NCBI GenBank assembly: GCA_028534125.1
Contig: CM052817.1
Location: 34,536,001-34,600,000 of the forward strand
DNA: 64,000 nucleotides
Source: Lama glama
Taxonomy: Eukaryota
Reading direction: 5' to 3'
Below the pieces are notes generated by a model, which searched no databases, was not told the DNA's origin, and saw only the letters and a program-made list of their open reading frames with translations. A program made the translations under genes and the position numbers. This document shows positions 12,151-24,829 of the stretch, piece after piece. The number at the start of each line of letters is the position of its first letter. Position 1 is the first letter of the stretch.

Positions 12151-12920
12151 TCCACAGTATTTCTCTTCTGATATTAATTTACAATTGAAAAGTTATTATA
12201 AAATTTAATCCAACAAAATAACTTATGATAATATCTATACTAATTATTTTTCCCCTTTTTCAGTTTTATTGGGTAGAATTATTACAGTTTGCATATACAC
12301 ATTATATTGCATGTAAATATATATATAATATACTGCACTTTTTTTTAGTTTACATATGTGTACTGAGCATTGTTTCTAAAAACAAGATTAGAGCTTTACC
12401 TTTTTAAACTTGCATAACTATCAAAGGAATAAAGCCAACCACAAAATAAGAATCAACAGAATGCGGTAATCCAATCATAAAGGACAGTCAAATGTGCTTA
12501 CACATATTCAAGAAATCTATACTAATTGTTTTTAAAATCCGTTTTGATACCTCTGCCCTGTAGAGAGCACAGCCTGCTGAGCTGCTAGAGAAAGGAAGAG
12601 AAGAAAGGTGAATTCCAGAAACTCCAGCCGAAGAGAGCCCTACATAACCTGCCTTGATGTGGGCAGGAAGCAGCCACTTATTTCACCCAGTAGTTCAGAT
12701 AACTGAGTATGTCCATGGCAGGGCTAAAAGTCTTCCAAAGACAGAACAAGGGAAGAAAAAACAGCCAAATGGCACAAGCTTTCTGTCTTCATAGAAATTT
12801 AACTTGCACAATAAGCTTTTATGGATTTTTCAGATCATTTACACAGCTGTTCATTTAATCCCTAATTTCATTTTGTAAAAGTAAACGGGCCTGGGACAGC
12901 ATCCCCCCGGGGAGAATCAC

Positions 12921-13191
12921 CTGTAAAAACTGCTGCGGTGGTTGAGTCAGCTGAGCCTGAGATGGTTGCTGGACTGGAGGGAGCTGCTGCTCCTGGGAGC
13001 CCTGCTGTTGCTGCTGCTGCTGCTGCTGCTGCTGTGTGACTGACAAGCTCTGTGACTGCTGCTGCTGTGCAGCAAACGTAGGGTAGGCAGTCACCACCTG
13101 ACCCATGAGCATAGCACTGGGTACCATGACCGCCCCACAAGCAACAGGAGCAGTTACTAATTTGGTCACAAGCTGCTGACCTTGAGAAAAT
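12921..13191 (-). CDS. CLOCK: CLOCK coding exon 19 (polyQ exon)
   Basis: [53 protein letters not shown]11[27 protein letters not shown]; gacag acceptor, gtgatt donor. Confidence 0.97.
13002..13034 (-). repeat. Coding (CAG)8 CAA (CAG)2 trinucleotide repeat, Q11
   Basis: 33 nt ctgctgttg(ctg)8 read directly on +. Confidence 0.97.
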
Positions 13192-13460
13192 CTGTCAAGA
13201 GGAAAGAGAGAGAAGGGGAGTCAGGAGTACAGAAGGTATACGTTATTAAAGGAAGTGGGCTGAATATTTCTCTTAGGTGATCCCCATGATACTGTCAATT
13301 TAGTTTTTAAAAAGCTGTAAGTTCCAGTTTTCTTAAGATCCCCTTAACGTTTTTCAAGATCCCAATGTTTTTAAAGATCCCCTTTGGGATACCAGTAAAA
13401 CAAAAATGTATATAGCAAAATGAAACAATCACAAACAAAAATATAAACTTTTTTTTAGAT

Positions 13461-14700
13461 ATTCACATGCAAAAGAATGAGATTTGACCTTTACACCATA
13501 TACAAAAATTAACTGAAAATGGACTAAAGACTTGAACATAAACGTTAAAATAATGAAACTTTTAAAAGAAAACATAAAGGAAAAGTTTCATGACAATGGA
13601 CTGGGCAATGATTTCTTAGATATGACACTAAAAGCACAGGCAATAAAAGAAAAAGTTGATAAATTAGACATCAAAATTAAAAATTTTGTGTATCAAAGGA
13701 CAGTATCAACACAGTGGAAGGGCAACCCACAGAGTGGGAGAAAATATTTGCAAATCATATTATCTGATAAGAGGTTAATAACCAGAAAATATAAAGCAAT
13801 CTTACAACTCAGCAACAAACAAATAATCTGATTTTAAAAACAGCCACAGGTCTTGAATGCCATTTCTTCAAGGAAGATATACAAATGGTCAATAAGCACA
13901 TGAAAAGATGCTCAACATCACTAATCATTAGGGAAATGCAAATTAAAAACACTATGTGATACCACTTTACACCCATTAGGATGGCTATTATCAAACAAAT
14001 AGAAAGTAGCCCTGTTGACAAGGATGTGGAGAAATCAGAATCTTTATGCACTCCTGCTGGGAATGTAAAGTAGTTCACCCACTATGGAAAACAGTAATGG
14101 TGGTTTTTCAAAAGAATTAAAAATACACTACCATATGATCCAGCAATTCCACTTCTGGGTATGTACTCAAAAGAACTGAAAGCAGGGACTCAAATAGATA
14201 TTTGTATACCCATGTTCATTCACAACAGCCAAAAGATGGATGCAACACAGGTATCCATCAAAAGATGAATGGGTCAATAAAATGTGGTATATACACACAA
14301 TGGAATATTATTTAGCCTTAAACATGAATGAAATTCTGACACACATTACAACATGGATGAACCTTGTGGACATTACGCCAAGTGAAATAAGCCAGTCAGA
14401 AAAGGCATACGTTGTATGAGTTCATTTATATGAGGTATCTAGAGTAGTCAAATTCATGGACTTATGTGCTTAGAAAGCAGAATGGTGATTTACAGGAGCT
14501 AAGGGGAGGAGAAATGGGGGAGTTATTGTTTGATGGGTACAGATTTTCAGTTTGGGAAGAAGAAAAAAGTTCTGGAGATTGACAGCAGTGATCATCACAA
14601 CGGTGTGAATGTACTTATGCCAATGAACAGCCATGTGAAAATGGTTAACACTGTAAATATGTATACTTCATCACAATAAAACAATTTTTAAACCTGTTAA
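13461..14700 (+). mobile_element. 5'-truncated L1 (ORF2 end + 3' UTR; old L1M-type)
   Basis: LKENIKEKFHDNGLGNDFLDMTLKAQAIKEKVDKLD ORF2-like peptide; ccatatgatccagcaattccacttctgggtat; L1 3' UTR. Confidence 0.92.
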
Positions 14701-16404
14701 AAATACCAACTTTTTTCTTTTTATAAAATTTCTAGATACTTGGGAGTCAGATATATTGCTAATTAAAATAAACTTAAAGCTGTCACAGAATTAAAAAAAC
14801 TCTAGGTTTATAGAAGATATTTACAATGCAAGTTGTATCTTATAAACATAATTTAAAACTAAATGACATTCTAACAGTACATAAAACTACTCTCAATTTA
14901 CAAATTTATTAACAACATAGTACACATTGTGTTAGAATTCACTAATACTGCCTCTCACCCACCTTTCTTCTTCCATATTCTTTAATAAAAGAACAACAAA
15001 AAAATGATGCCTCTTCAGGGAATAATATTAATTCTATCTGCCATTTCTGTGAGACAAAGTTAGTTTCCAACATTGGCCATTACAGTGAGAAAATTGAGAT
15101 ACGACATTACTGTAGACTTAGCATGACACAACTACAATTACAAACTGTTTAAACGTACCTAACTGTATTAGACTGAGCACAGGCATATACTTTATTATTT
15201 ATATGTTCCACAAATCTATTTTGAATCCATGCCAAATTTTGAAAATAAAATACTGTATTTTTATATACTTCAGGGCCAAATGTATTATTTAATGCAAAAA
15301 TCTATATAAAAGAATAAAAAATGCACATATAAAGAAAGCCCAAAGAAATAAGTAACATTTACAATATGGCTTAGTCACAGAAGTGCTAAGTACTAATTTC
15401 TTTGTAATCTGGAAAGAGATTAATGTCTGAATTGCCCAAATGCCCACTGGTAAACTGTAATGAGAGTACTTCATTCATTTCTGGCACCAAAAGACATTCT
15501 GCAACCTATTTTGCCTTACCTCTCACTTCTGTGAGAGCTTTGAATATACTGCTCCCTCTGCCTAGAACACCCTCCCTGGACTCTCCGCCACATGCACACC
15601 CAAAGCCAAGCTCTTTAAAGACTCAGGCCAGTATTTCCTCTGTGAAACTTCCCCTGACCACACTCCTCTCTTCACCTGCTTGCCTCATCCCATAAAACTG
15701 CTTACTTCTTCCTTTCTAAAGACTTAGTATTTATCACATCAAATAATACTGATTTGTTTACCTCTCTTTGGCTTTTACTAGTCTGATCTTTCTCCTGGAA
15801 CAAGGAATGTGCCATGCTCATCTAAGTAGGCACTCGGAGGTTTGCTAAAATATGCTTTTTCCCCCTCTTAAAAAACAGATGCCTACAAATAATTGCTAAA
15901 TTGTGTCCTCTAAAATGCATGTCAACATTCTACATTAATGGATTTTTTTCCTCAGGCTTTAAAACCAGCCCTCTACATTTTTATGGAGCACATTCATAAT
16001 ACTTCCTTTAAGAAGTCAGAGCTGAAAATTAGACTTTTTAACTTGAAGGAACTGAGTTCCAAAGAGAAGCAGTGAGTTTCTCCCTGCTCTCAGTCCTTCT
16101 GTGATCCTGCAGTTTCCTTACTCTCTGGAAATTACTAATAGGATTTTAATAAAATCTATTACATGTCTAATACAACAGCAAGATTTTATTATAGCAGCAG
16201 CCTACTTATATTGTACGCAAAAACATAAAAAATAAAGTGTATTTAAAAATGAACTTTTAAGACTATAAAAATCCTACAGTTGTTGAAAGACACCTTTTTA
16301 ATATTTGAAAAGGGCATTTCTTTAAAATATTTGTTTCTAAGTTCACTATTTGGATTTCCCACTAAAATAAGCTTATAGGTGGCAGTTTTTCAAAAGAATG
16401 GCCC

Positions 16405-16625
16405 ACAGTTTAGTGTAGTATATATCTAAGAATTTCAGCTTTGAAATGAGACACCCAGCCTTGAGTTCAGATTCCCTCCCTGACCCTCTTAACTAGCTAT
16501 TGGTCCTTGACTAAACTATTAAAAACTCACTTTTTTCTTATCTGAGAAATAAAAGATCTTAATACATTTTTTAAATAAGAATTAAATGAGATAATATTTT
16601 CTCAACACTTAGTACAGTCTTAACC
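16405..16625 (+). mobile_element. MIR SINE remnant
   Basis: ttgagttcagattcc...aactagctattggtccttgactaa...aagaattaaatgagataat. Confidence 0.6.
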
Positions 16626-17003
16626 AATTCAAAAGGTGAGCTATACTTACTCTATAACAAGTATGGTGGTTATACACCCTGACCATTGTCACAACACTGA
16701 AAACTCATCAGCATCTGTACTGAAGCAAGTTTTACTGATTCAGACAAAGCCTTCTGTAGAACTTGTATAACAGTGTGCTGCAAATTTGGATTCTACAATA
16801 TTTGTTGGTACATTTTTAGACAGGAAATAAAATTTCTTGTTACTCTTTTCATTATAAAGTCCTTAAACAATGGACACATTCTGTATTTCTATTTCAGATT
16901 CAAGAGTAGGCAACAAATTAAAATGATGTCTTAAAAAATCAAAGTACTGTTTTTTAATCAATCTATTTATATCTTTGAAATGACTAAGAAATACGACAAC
17001 TAC

Positions 17004-17206
17004 CTTATCTGTCTGTCCTGAGTGAACGTAGTTACTGCAGCACTCTGGGCGCTGTTCTGTGGCATACTAGATGGAATCTGGACCATGCTTCCAGCTGCTG
17101 GCTGCGAAATCACCATAGTGTTATACAGTGGGGCTGTAAGAGTGCTCTGTGTCTGACTGGGAAGAGATGTTTGTTGACTGTGCCCACTCAGTACATTCTG
17201 TTGACT
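17004..17206 (-). CDS. CLOCK: CLOCK coding exon 18 (alternative start 17209 via NAGNAG)
   Basis: [67 protein letters not shown](R); acceptor ttctagcag, donor gtagtt. Confidence 0.96.
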
Positions 17207-17928
17207 CTGCTAGAAAAGAGAAGATTTCACAGACAGATTACCTGGAAAAAATGTATTCAAGAAGTATGCTCCTACTATTCAACATTCTGTCAATAGTTGA
17301 CGTGACAGAGAAAGAAACGGCAGGACACATTATTCTGGGAGAAAGCTAACTACAAAGGAATGACTGAGAATGAAATTAGTCTTCAGTATCTTGCTGGAAG
17401 ATAGGACTTTAGAAAAGGAGCATGATCTTGACAGGGATGATATAAAATATACATGAAGAATTTCAAAAATTCTTCAAAGTGAGTGACTGACATTAGACAT
17501 TTTTATATATTTCATTTGAAGTCTTTGGATTTATACTCACAGATGCACACCAATTACTAAAATTTCCTGGAATGTTAATTAAATCACATCCTAACAATAT
17601 ATTCTTCACATATGGTAACACATTTCCTGGTTAGCCTGTTTTGCAAGTCAAACTCTTTTAACATACAGAAGTAGCCTGTATGTTCATTTTAAGCAAACAG
17701 CAAAAAATTTTAAATGTCGAAATATTGAAAGCATTTAACATTCAACAATTTAAGAACAACTTTGCACAAAATATTTTAATAAGCACTCTCACTTCTACAG
17801 TCTCTGATTACTACTATTAAAGTTTTAAATACGGCATTGTTCAAGATAACAGCTTTATTTTTGTTTAAGCAGCACCATACATTTCAGTCACTGAACACTC
17901 CAAAGCCCACTGCACTGGATCATGTTAC

Positions 17929-18138
17929 CTGACTTGATGTACTCTGTAAAGTCTGCTGCTGTATCAGATGCTGAGTTGTGCCAATGTGTCCAGTATTCAT
18001 TCCACTTTGAATCTGATTAGTTTGAACCACCTGACCTTGCATATTTATAGGTGCAAGTTGCTGGATGTTAGATGAATTTCCAGAAGAAAGTTGAACAGAA
18101 CCAAAATTCAAACCAGGGGCTGATTGTTGTAAAAACAT
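17929..18138 (-). CDS. CLOCK: CLOCK coding exon 17
   Basis: [70 protein letters not shown]; 210 nt; donor gtaaca. Confidence 0.97.
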
Positions 18139-18982
18139 CTTGAAAAATAAAGATTATATTAAAATGAGCTTCGTAAATAAAAAGAATGAAAGCATTTTTT
18201 TAAAAAAAGCAAAAACAGCTACAAATTAAGATTAAAAAGCAAGTAACAAGTCATTCTGAAAGAACAAGCAATAAATAATTACTGCATAAAATGTGGTACT
18301 TCATATTTATTCTTCCGATTAATCATCCTAACCCTTACCATGTTTCCAATTGTCAGAAAAAGTGTTTAAATTTCAAAACTTCCACTTGTTTGACATTTTA
18401 CATGTTGGAGATTATTACATCAGCCAGCATTACCCTAACGTGGTGCTACTCAAAGTCAGTGGACTGGCAGCTTGGCATCACTCATATTTATAATACATGG
18501 CATTAGACACAAGTAGTTTTCACTTAAAGTTTCCCGTTACCAAAATCCTCATCTTCTCAAACAGACGTATCTTTACAGTGGCCCTATATTTGCTGACCCA
18601 ATAAGACTAATCTGAATCATACCTACTGGTGTGTTATTTTAAAAATAACTGATGATTATAAATTCTGTACCTGCTGCATGAACCTAGAAGTCCACATAAA
18701 GTATTATTTTGATATTACGGATTTAAGCTTACTAAATATTAGACTGCTAAAGGATGACTCCAATCTGGAGAAACAATGATATTGATTGCAACACTCTTAG
18801 GAATGAATTGTCTTTTACAGACTGTAAAAGCAATCATACTGAATAGGTAACCAATGAGTATTTTACTGAACTAAATTGATGACACGTATCTCTTGCATCT
18901 CATTTTTAATTAAGTCATTTTCTTAAGAAACCAAAATGTGAATAGCAGGCTTTGTTTGTATTCAAATATAATAATAACTGAC

Positions 18983-19135
18983 CTGCAGCCCTTGACCATG
19001 GACCATTTGAAGTTGTTCTTGAATTTTTCTTAGTTCTTCTTGTTGCCGATGAATATTTGCCTCTATCATCCGAGTCCGTTGTTCCAATTGGTCTTTCAGA
19101 TGCTGCATGGCTCCTAACTGAGCTGAGAACTGAAA
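18983..19135 (-). CDS. CLOCK: CLOCK coding exon 16 (51-aa coiled-coil exon; equivalent of mouse exon 19 lost in Clock-delta19)
   Basis: [51 protein letters not shown]; 153 nt; donor gtcagt. Confidence 0.97.
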
Positions 19136-19235
19136 CTGAAGTACCATGGACAGAAAAAGTGTAACATACTTTAAAATCACTTCTCCTCATAACTGTATAA
19201 TGTGAAATGTAAGCAGCATATCACGAGCTAAGAAT

Positions 19236-19905
19236 GCTACACCAGTTTTATATGTACTGCCTCTCAGTTCCTAATTCACCCATCTTTGCTCAACTTTGTG
19301 ATACTGGAGCTGGAGCTGGAGCCTATTAATATTCCTCCTTTGTCAGTAGGCACAATCACGTCAGTAGATGCTGCTGGAGGGAAATACTGCAGACGGAGGT
19401 GCTTATCTGTCTGGGTTCTGGGTTCTGGTGCTTTTACTTCTTGCTCTGATGCCAGTGGGTAGCATCCTAGTAAGAATGTGTGTCATCAGCACTCCAGCAG
19501 GTGGCTTTCCAGCAAGTCTCACTGGCACCCCAGTGGGCAGCTGCCCAGCAAATTTTACTGATACCCCAGCGGGTGGCTTCATGTTCTTCAGCTCTAGGTG
19601 TGGCACCTCAGTGAATCTGTCTACCATCCAGCGGCTACAGCCATACCTGTCCCAATGGAATTTGAGTCTTAGCCTGGCCTGGAGGGGCAGGAGTTAGTTG
19701 GAGGTGTCTTCTGAGTTGTTCCATCCCCAGGTACTCTCTCTCTCTCTCACTTACGGTTAGTGGCTGCTCTCTACACCTGTTCTCCCTGTATTCTTTAGAA
19801 TTGTCTTAAGTTAATCCCTGTTACCAGTTAATAATTTTCTGTATTATCGCTGTTACAATTTCTGGTTTGGCTTGTAACTTCTGACTGAACCTTGACTGAT
19901 CACAG
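19236..19905 (+). mobile_element. Solo LTR, ERVL-class (MER74/MER73-like)
   Basis: tgtactgcctctcagttcc...ctttgtgatactggagctgg start and ttctgactgaaccttgactgatcaca end resemble the recalled MER74-type LTR; GC-richer than its flanks. Confidence 0.6.
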
Positions 19906-21857
19906 AATGAATAAATTACACTGGCATTAGAAGACCTGAGCTCATATTGTGGCACTACCACTCGCTAAAGTAAGTTACTTTACTTCATTTCTACCCTTTA
20001 ACAAAGGAAAAAGTAGCTCATATCTAGTTATTCACATCAAATTCTAGAATCCCTAGAATATCCTTCTTTGTGCATGTCGTTAGAAAGTCACGTAAGTCTG
20101 ACGGATAACCAACCATAACATTTTTACCCATATTTTCACTGCAACTGTTCTCAGACAAGTACAAAACCTAGGCTTTTAAAAGACTAAGCACTTGTAAATA
20201 GGGAGTGAATAAAAGCACAGTTATTCTACTTTCAACGTAAATAAGGTTTTCAATTTTACTTATTTCTCTATGTTTTATCTGAATTACAAGCAGCTTCTAT
20301 TTACTCCTGCTTGAAACTTAGCCATATTTGATAATTTACCGCTTAAGTCTATACAGGCCCATTTAATTATTTCCATGACTATTCCGCACAGGATACAGGA
20401 TAAGAGCAGAAAGAGAAACTTAATTGGAAATCTGTCTTAATCTTCAAATAGTAAATGCATCTGAAAGTGAAAAATGCCCCCCAAAAGCTTTTTCACTCTA
20501 TCCTCAGAAGTTTGTATTGAGAATACTGAACATTACTTCCCAAAGTATACAACTCTGACTTCTGAAACTGCCAATAACCAGATCATATCATACAACAGAT
20601 TACAGTAGGTGTGCAGAAATCTTACAAATTTAGTATCTTGATTTTAGTGCCTTTACCTTATCATGCCTTACATTATTTTTTATCATTCAAAATGTTATAT
20701 TTATGTCATACAAATATATTTTATGCCAACTAAAGTTATTTATACTTTTTGGGAAATACTACATCATTACCACTTAAAGGATTTCTATTAAGTACATACA
20801 GAAAAATAACAAACACAGAAGGCAAAATAATACGAAATAAAATCACAGAACTGAGAGGCAAAGTGTTTAGCTTTATCACTGAATGAAATATGAGATCTTA
20901 AAACTTATTAACATTTCTGACATAGTAGTAGATATTTATTTCATTAAAATATTCCTTTATAATGTTAAGAAATGCTTATTCAGTATCTTCAGAGTAATGA
21001 ACTAATTATATTGAAAATATGTCAAATATTTACATAAAAATTCTGTTAATCTTCAGAATAAAAAGCATTTGAGGACTCACTGCTAATAAAAACTATTGCA
21101 ACTCCAGTCACTAATATTACAGTGCTATTTTAAATACCTAACAAGATCATATGTTGTTAGAAGTCAAGATTATGACATTTAGGTAATTTATAGTATTGTC
21201 AATATATTTGTACAAGTGTCATAATTTATAATAGCTATAATTATATATGTATAATTTAAATAACATGTATTTTTAGAAAAATACTGTTTCTATCTACTGT
21301 TAACGATCATTTTTTGAAATTAAGATACTGTTATCTTTAAAGCCAAAACCAGAAAATTTTGGATTATTTTTACCACAACTTAGTATTTTTAATGTGTTTG
21401 AAGCACTGAATGAGTACAGTCATAAATTACAAGTTGCGTGAAATTAAAATCAGAAGTGTCACTTTTGTGATACCCCTCCTTTGTCATGCTGGTTTCTGTA
21501 TTTAGGCCTCCTTTGGGACACAGCCCAAGCAACAGTTCTTCCGGAAGGTCCTCCTTCAGTTCCTCAGGCTGCATGGAAAGTCCATCTAACATGCTCACTA
21601 TTAGCCTTTACACACTGAGCACAGACTATGTAACATTGCATTGTAGTTATCTGTCATTCCCTCTAGATGCAACCAAGTCTTTTAATATAGATTTATCTGT
21701 ACTGCCTGCACTTGCAGTATCTAACACAAGAAACTCAATAAATGTCTCATATATGAACAAATGAATCAATATATGAATAAAATTACTCAATTCTTCTAAT
21801 ATCCAAAGGAAGAACAAAGTGAAGAGCCATATTTCATCTTTAATATCTTTCTGTCTA

Positions 21858-22030
21858 TAGTGTTTCTCAAAAGGGGTTAAGCAGGATAATCCTTTGTTGT
21901 GCAAAACTGTTGTGCATCCTAAAAGACAATTATCCCCCTTGGCCCTTGCCTGTTAAGGGGCCAATGGTACCCCAACATCATCAACAATCAAAACTATCCC
22001 AAGATATTTTAAATGCCCACAGTTGAGATG
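21858..22030. mobile_element. MER20-like hAT DNA transposon remnant
   Basis: tagtgtttctcaa...ggataatcctttgttgtg...aaatgcccacagttgaga. Confidence 0.55.
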
Positions 22031-22128
22031 TATTTCATCTACAAGTATATATTTTTCAAAATCTTTATTAGATTAAATACAATTTATAATTTTAAAATAC
22101 TCAACTGAAACAAAGAAACAAAAAATAC

Positions 22129-22218
22129 CTGGGACATGCCTTGTGGAACTGGTAAATTTGCAGCTTGAGACATCACTGGCTGTGTTAATGATTGACCAAC
22201 AGACTGGGAATTTATAGA
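22129..22218 (-). CDS. CLOCK: CLOCK coding exon 15 (90 nt, symmetric)
   Basis: [30 protein letters not shown]; ctctag acceptor, gtattt donor. Confidence 0.95.
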
Positions 22219-22757
22219 CTAGAGGCAAAATAAAAAATAACACTAGAGTGACAATTGTTTCCATACATGAGTACTTCCACCAGAAATATCACCCCGGGTA
22301 TCTTTATAACTGAATTACAATTTGCCTCATTTTTTTCTTTTTTTTTTTTAGCTGAGTACAGGCATGTCCCCCACTCTAATCTATAAATGCCTATGCCATA
22401 TGTTTCTTTCTGTCTTCCAAAGCACCTACCACATTACCTTGCATGGGCTCTCAATAAAAGCTGACTGGACTGTACTGAAGGTGACTGGTATTTGAGATTA
22501 GATATAAAATGGCTCTAAATTACCAGCTTTCCATAATTAAAAAAAAAACCAACACTTTACTTGAAAAATAATCAAAAGGACCGATATGTTTGACAACCAC
22601 TTCACACAAAAATTAAGATCTTTAAGTGTTATAGATGGTCAACTGTTTTGAACTTTATAGAAAGGGACAATAAATAAATGAATTTATGAAGATCTAGATG
22701 ATTTCTCTCCCCTTTTAACAGATCTTTATTCAGAAGAGTACCAACTAAAGAGCTTAC

Positions 22758-22858
22758 CTGACTACTAAATGATGACCTCCTTTGAGTCATCTTTTCATGA
22801 GCTGGTAAATGCGGTCTGGGAGGAGTGCTAGTATCTGTCGGGATCTTTGTTGGTGTTG
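22758..22858 (-). CDS. CLOCK: CLOCK coding exon 14
   Basis: [33 protein letters not shown]; donor gtaagc. Confidence 0.96.
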
Positions 22859-23089
22859 CTGAGGGTAATCAACAAAACCGGAAGACCATTAGTACTTTAT
22901 AAAACATAATTTTCAAAAGTTAATCTCAAAATGCATTTCAGTGAATAAAAATGATTTTTATTTTTCTAAATTATTTAGTAAAAATGAAATCTATGACAGT
23001 AAGATAATTCATTTTAATTATTTCTTTTTTAAGGACAAAGAAAATATTCGAAATAGGAAAACTTTAAGTATAAAAATGGTTACTATTCC

Positions 23090-23945
23090 TACAACTCGAT
23101 AGCAAAAAAAACCCAATAACTCAATTAAAAAATGGCCTAAGGACTTGAATAGATACAAGACATACAGATGGCCAACCAGTATATGAAATAATACTCAACG
23201 TCACTAATCATCAGGGAAATGCAAATCAAAACCACGATAAGATATCACCCCTACCTGTCAGGATGGCTATTACCAAAAAATCAAAAGGCCAGTGTTGGCA
23301 GGAATGTAGAGAAGTTAGAACCCTTGCACACCATTGGTGGGATGGGAAATCGTGCAGCCAATGGAAAACAGAATGGAGGTTTCTCAAAAAATTCAAAACA
23401 GAACTACTATATATGACCCAGCAATCCCACTTCTGGGTATTTATCCAAAAGAATCGAAATCAGCATCTTGAAGAGATATTAACATTCTAACGTTCACTGA
23501 AGTACTATTCACAATGGCTAAGATACGGAAATGATCTGAATGTCTTCGACAGATGAATAAATTAACAAAATGTAGTGTATACATACAATGAAACACTATT
23601 CAACTTAAAAAAGGAAGGAAACTCTGCAATATGAAACACAGATGAACCTTGAAGACATCATGCTTAGTGAAATAAGCCAATCACAGAAAGACAGGTACTG
23701 TATGACTCCATTACATGAGGTATCTGAAACAGTCAGATTCACTGAATCAAAGAACAGAATGGTAACTAGCAAGGGTGGGGGAATTATTAATCACTGAGCA
23801 AAAAGTCTCAGCACAATGAGTAAGCTCTAGAGATCTGCAGTACAGCACTGTGCCTGTAGTCGGCAATAATGTATTGTAAGCTTAATATTTTTAGAGTAGA
23901 TCTCATTTTAAGTATTCTTGCCACAGTAAGATAACTTATTAAAAA
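23090..23945 (+). mobile_element. 5'-truncated L1 (ORF2 end + 3' UTR)
   Basis: catcagggaaatgcaaatcaaaaccac, tatgacccagcaatcccacttctgggtatttatcc, L1MA-type 3' end. Confidence 0.92.
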
Positions 23946-24480
23946 CAGTGAAATAGCTATAATAGGGAAAAATTTTTTTCCTAAGACCTCAGAACTTGTA
24001 TGTTTAACCTCTTTGATGTTCTACCCACAATGTTGAGTAATTCAAACAACCCCCCTTTCCCTTATTACATATAGTTTTAATACTCTGCAGAATAAAAATG
24101 CTAAGCTCTTTTTAAAAAATGTTAAAGGTTACCAATTTAACGACAACTATGCAAGTCTCACAAAGACAAGATACATACACAAAAAACTTCTGTGAACTTA
24201 AAGAACCAAGGAACTGTTGCTGTAACAGTTTTGCTTTCTTTTTGAGGAATGATTAAAAACTATACCAACATTGCTACCTATGTATTTTATAGGCTCCTTT
24301 ATAAACTCTAATTCTTTGCTAAATGTGAGCAATGTACCTCCTGCTCACTGGGATGTATTTCAGAAATGTAAACACTTATTATTTGAAAGCTGCATTTGAT
24401 AAAAATGCTGATACCAGTAACACAAACTATTTAGAAGCACTTTCTTTAAAGGAAGCCTACTTTCAAGTTAGGGTACTCAC

Positions 24481-24622
24481 AGGAAGGGTCTGAGACTGCC
24501 GTGTGAGATGATTTTCTTGAACTCCGGGAGGAAGCAGAAGGAGTTGGGCTGTGATCAAATCTTTCCAATGCTTCCTTGAGACTGACTGTATTTATACGAT
24601 TATCAGACCCAGAATCTTGGCT
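24481..24622 (-). CDS. CLOCK: CLOCK coding exon 13 (Ser-rich region)
   Basis: [47 protein letters not shown]; donor gtgagt. Confidence 0.97.
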
Positions 24623-24829
24623 CTAAGGAGACAAGAGTAAAATAAATGTTTTCTTGGGTTCAGTTCGGAGATTCCAAATTAGCAATATTGCTTGTTAATT
24701 CCTCCTCCCCAAAGTCAGTTTTTACCCGAAACAAGACAAAGGTACTTGTGTAGTATTAGGAAAAGGAATGAAAACTTATTTTTTATAGCCAGAAAGTTGT
24801 GGCTTTATTCTCTATTTAAAGAAACAAAA

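Noticed and set aside
12868..13140. Alternative-frame poly-Ala ORF over the polyQ exon
   Set aside because: By-product of CAG repeats read as GCA; no splice or start evidence for use.
19368..19697. 109-aa ORF with repeated peptide
   Set aside because: Lies inside an LTR; openness is explained by the 36-nt GC-rich repeat.
21486..21764. Ser-rich 92-aa ORF resembling a regulatory domain
   Set aside because: Overlaps L2-like 3' sequence, is antisense to CLOCK, and has no splice signals.
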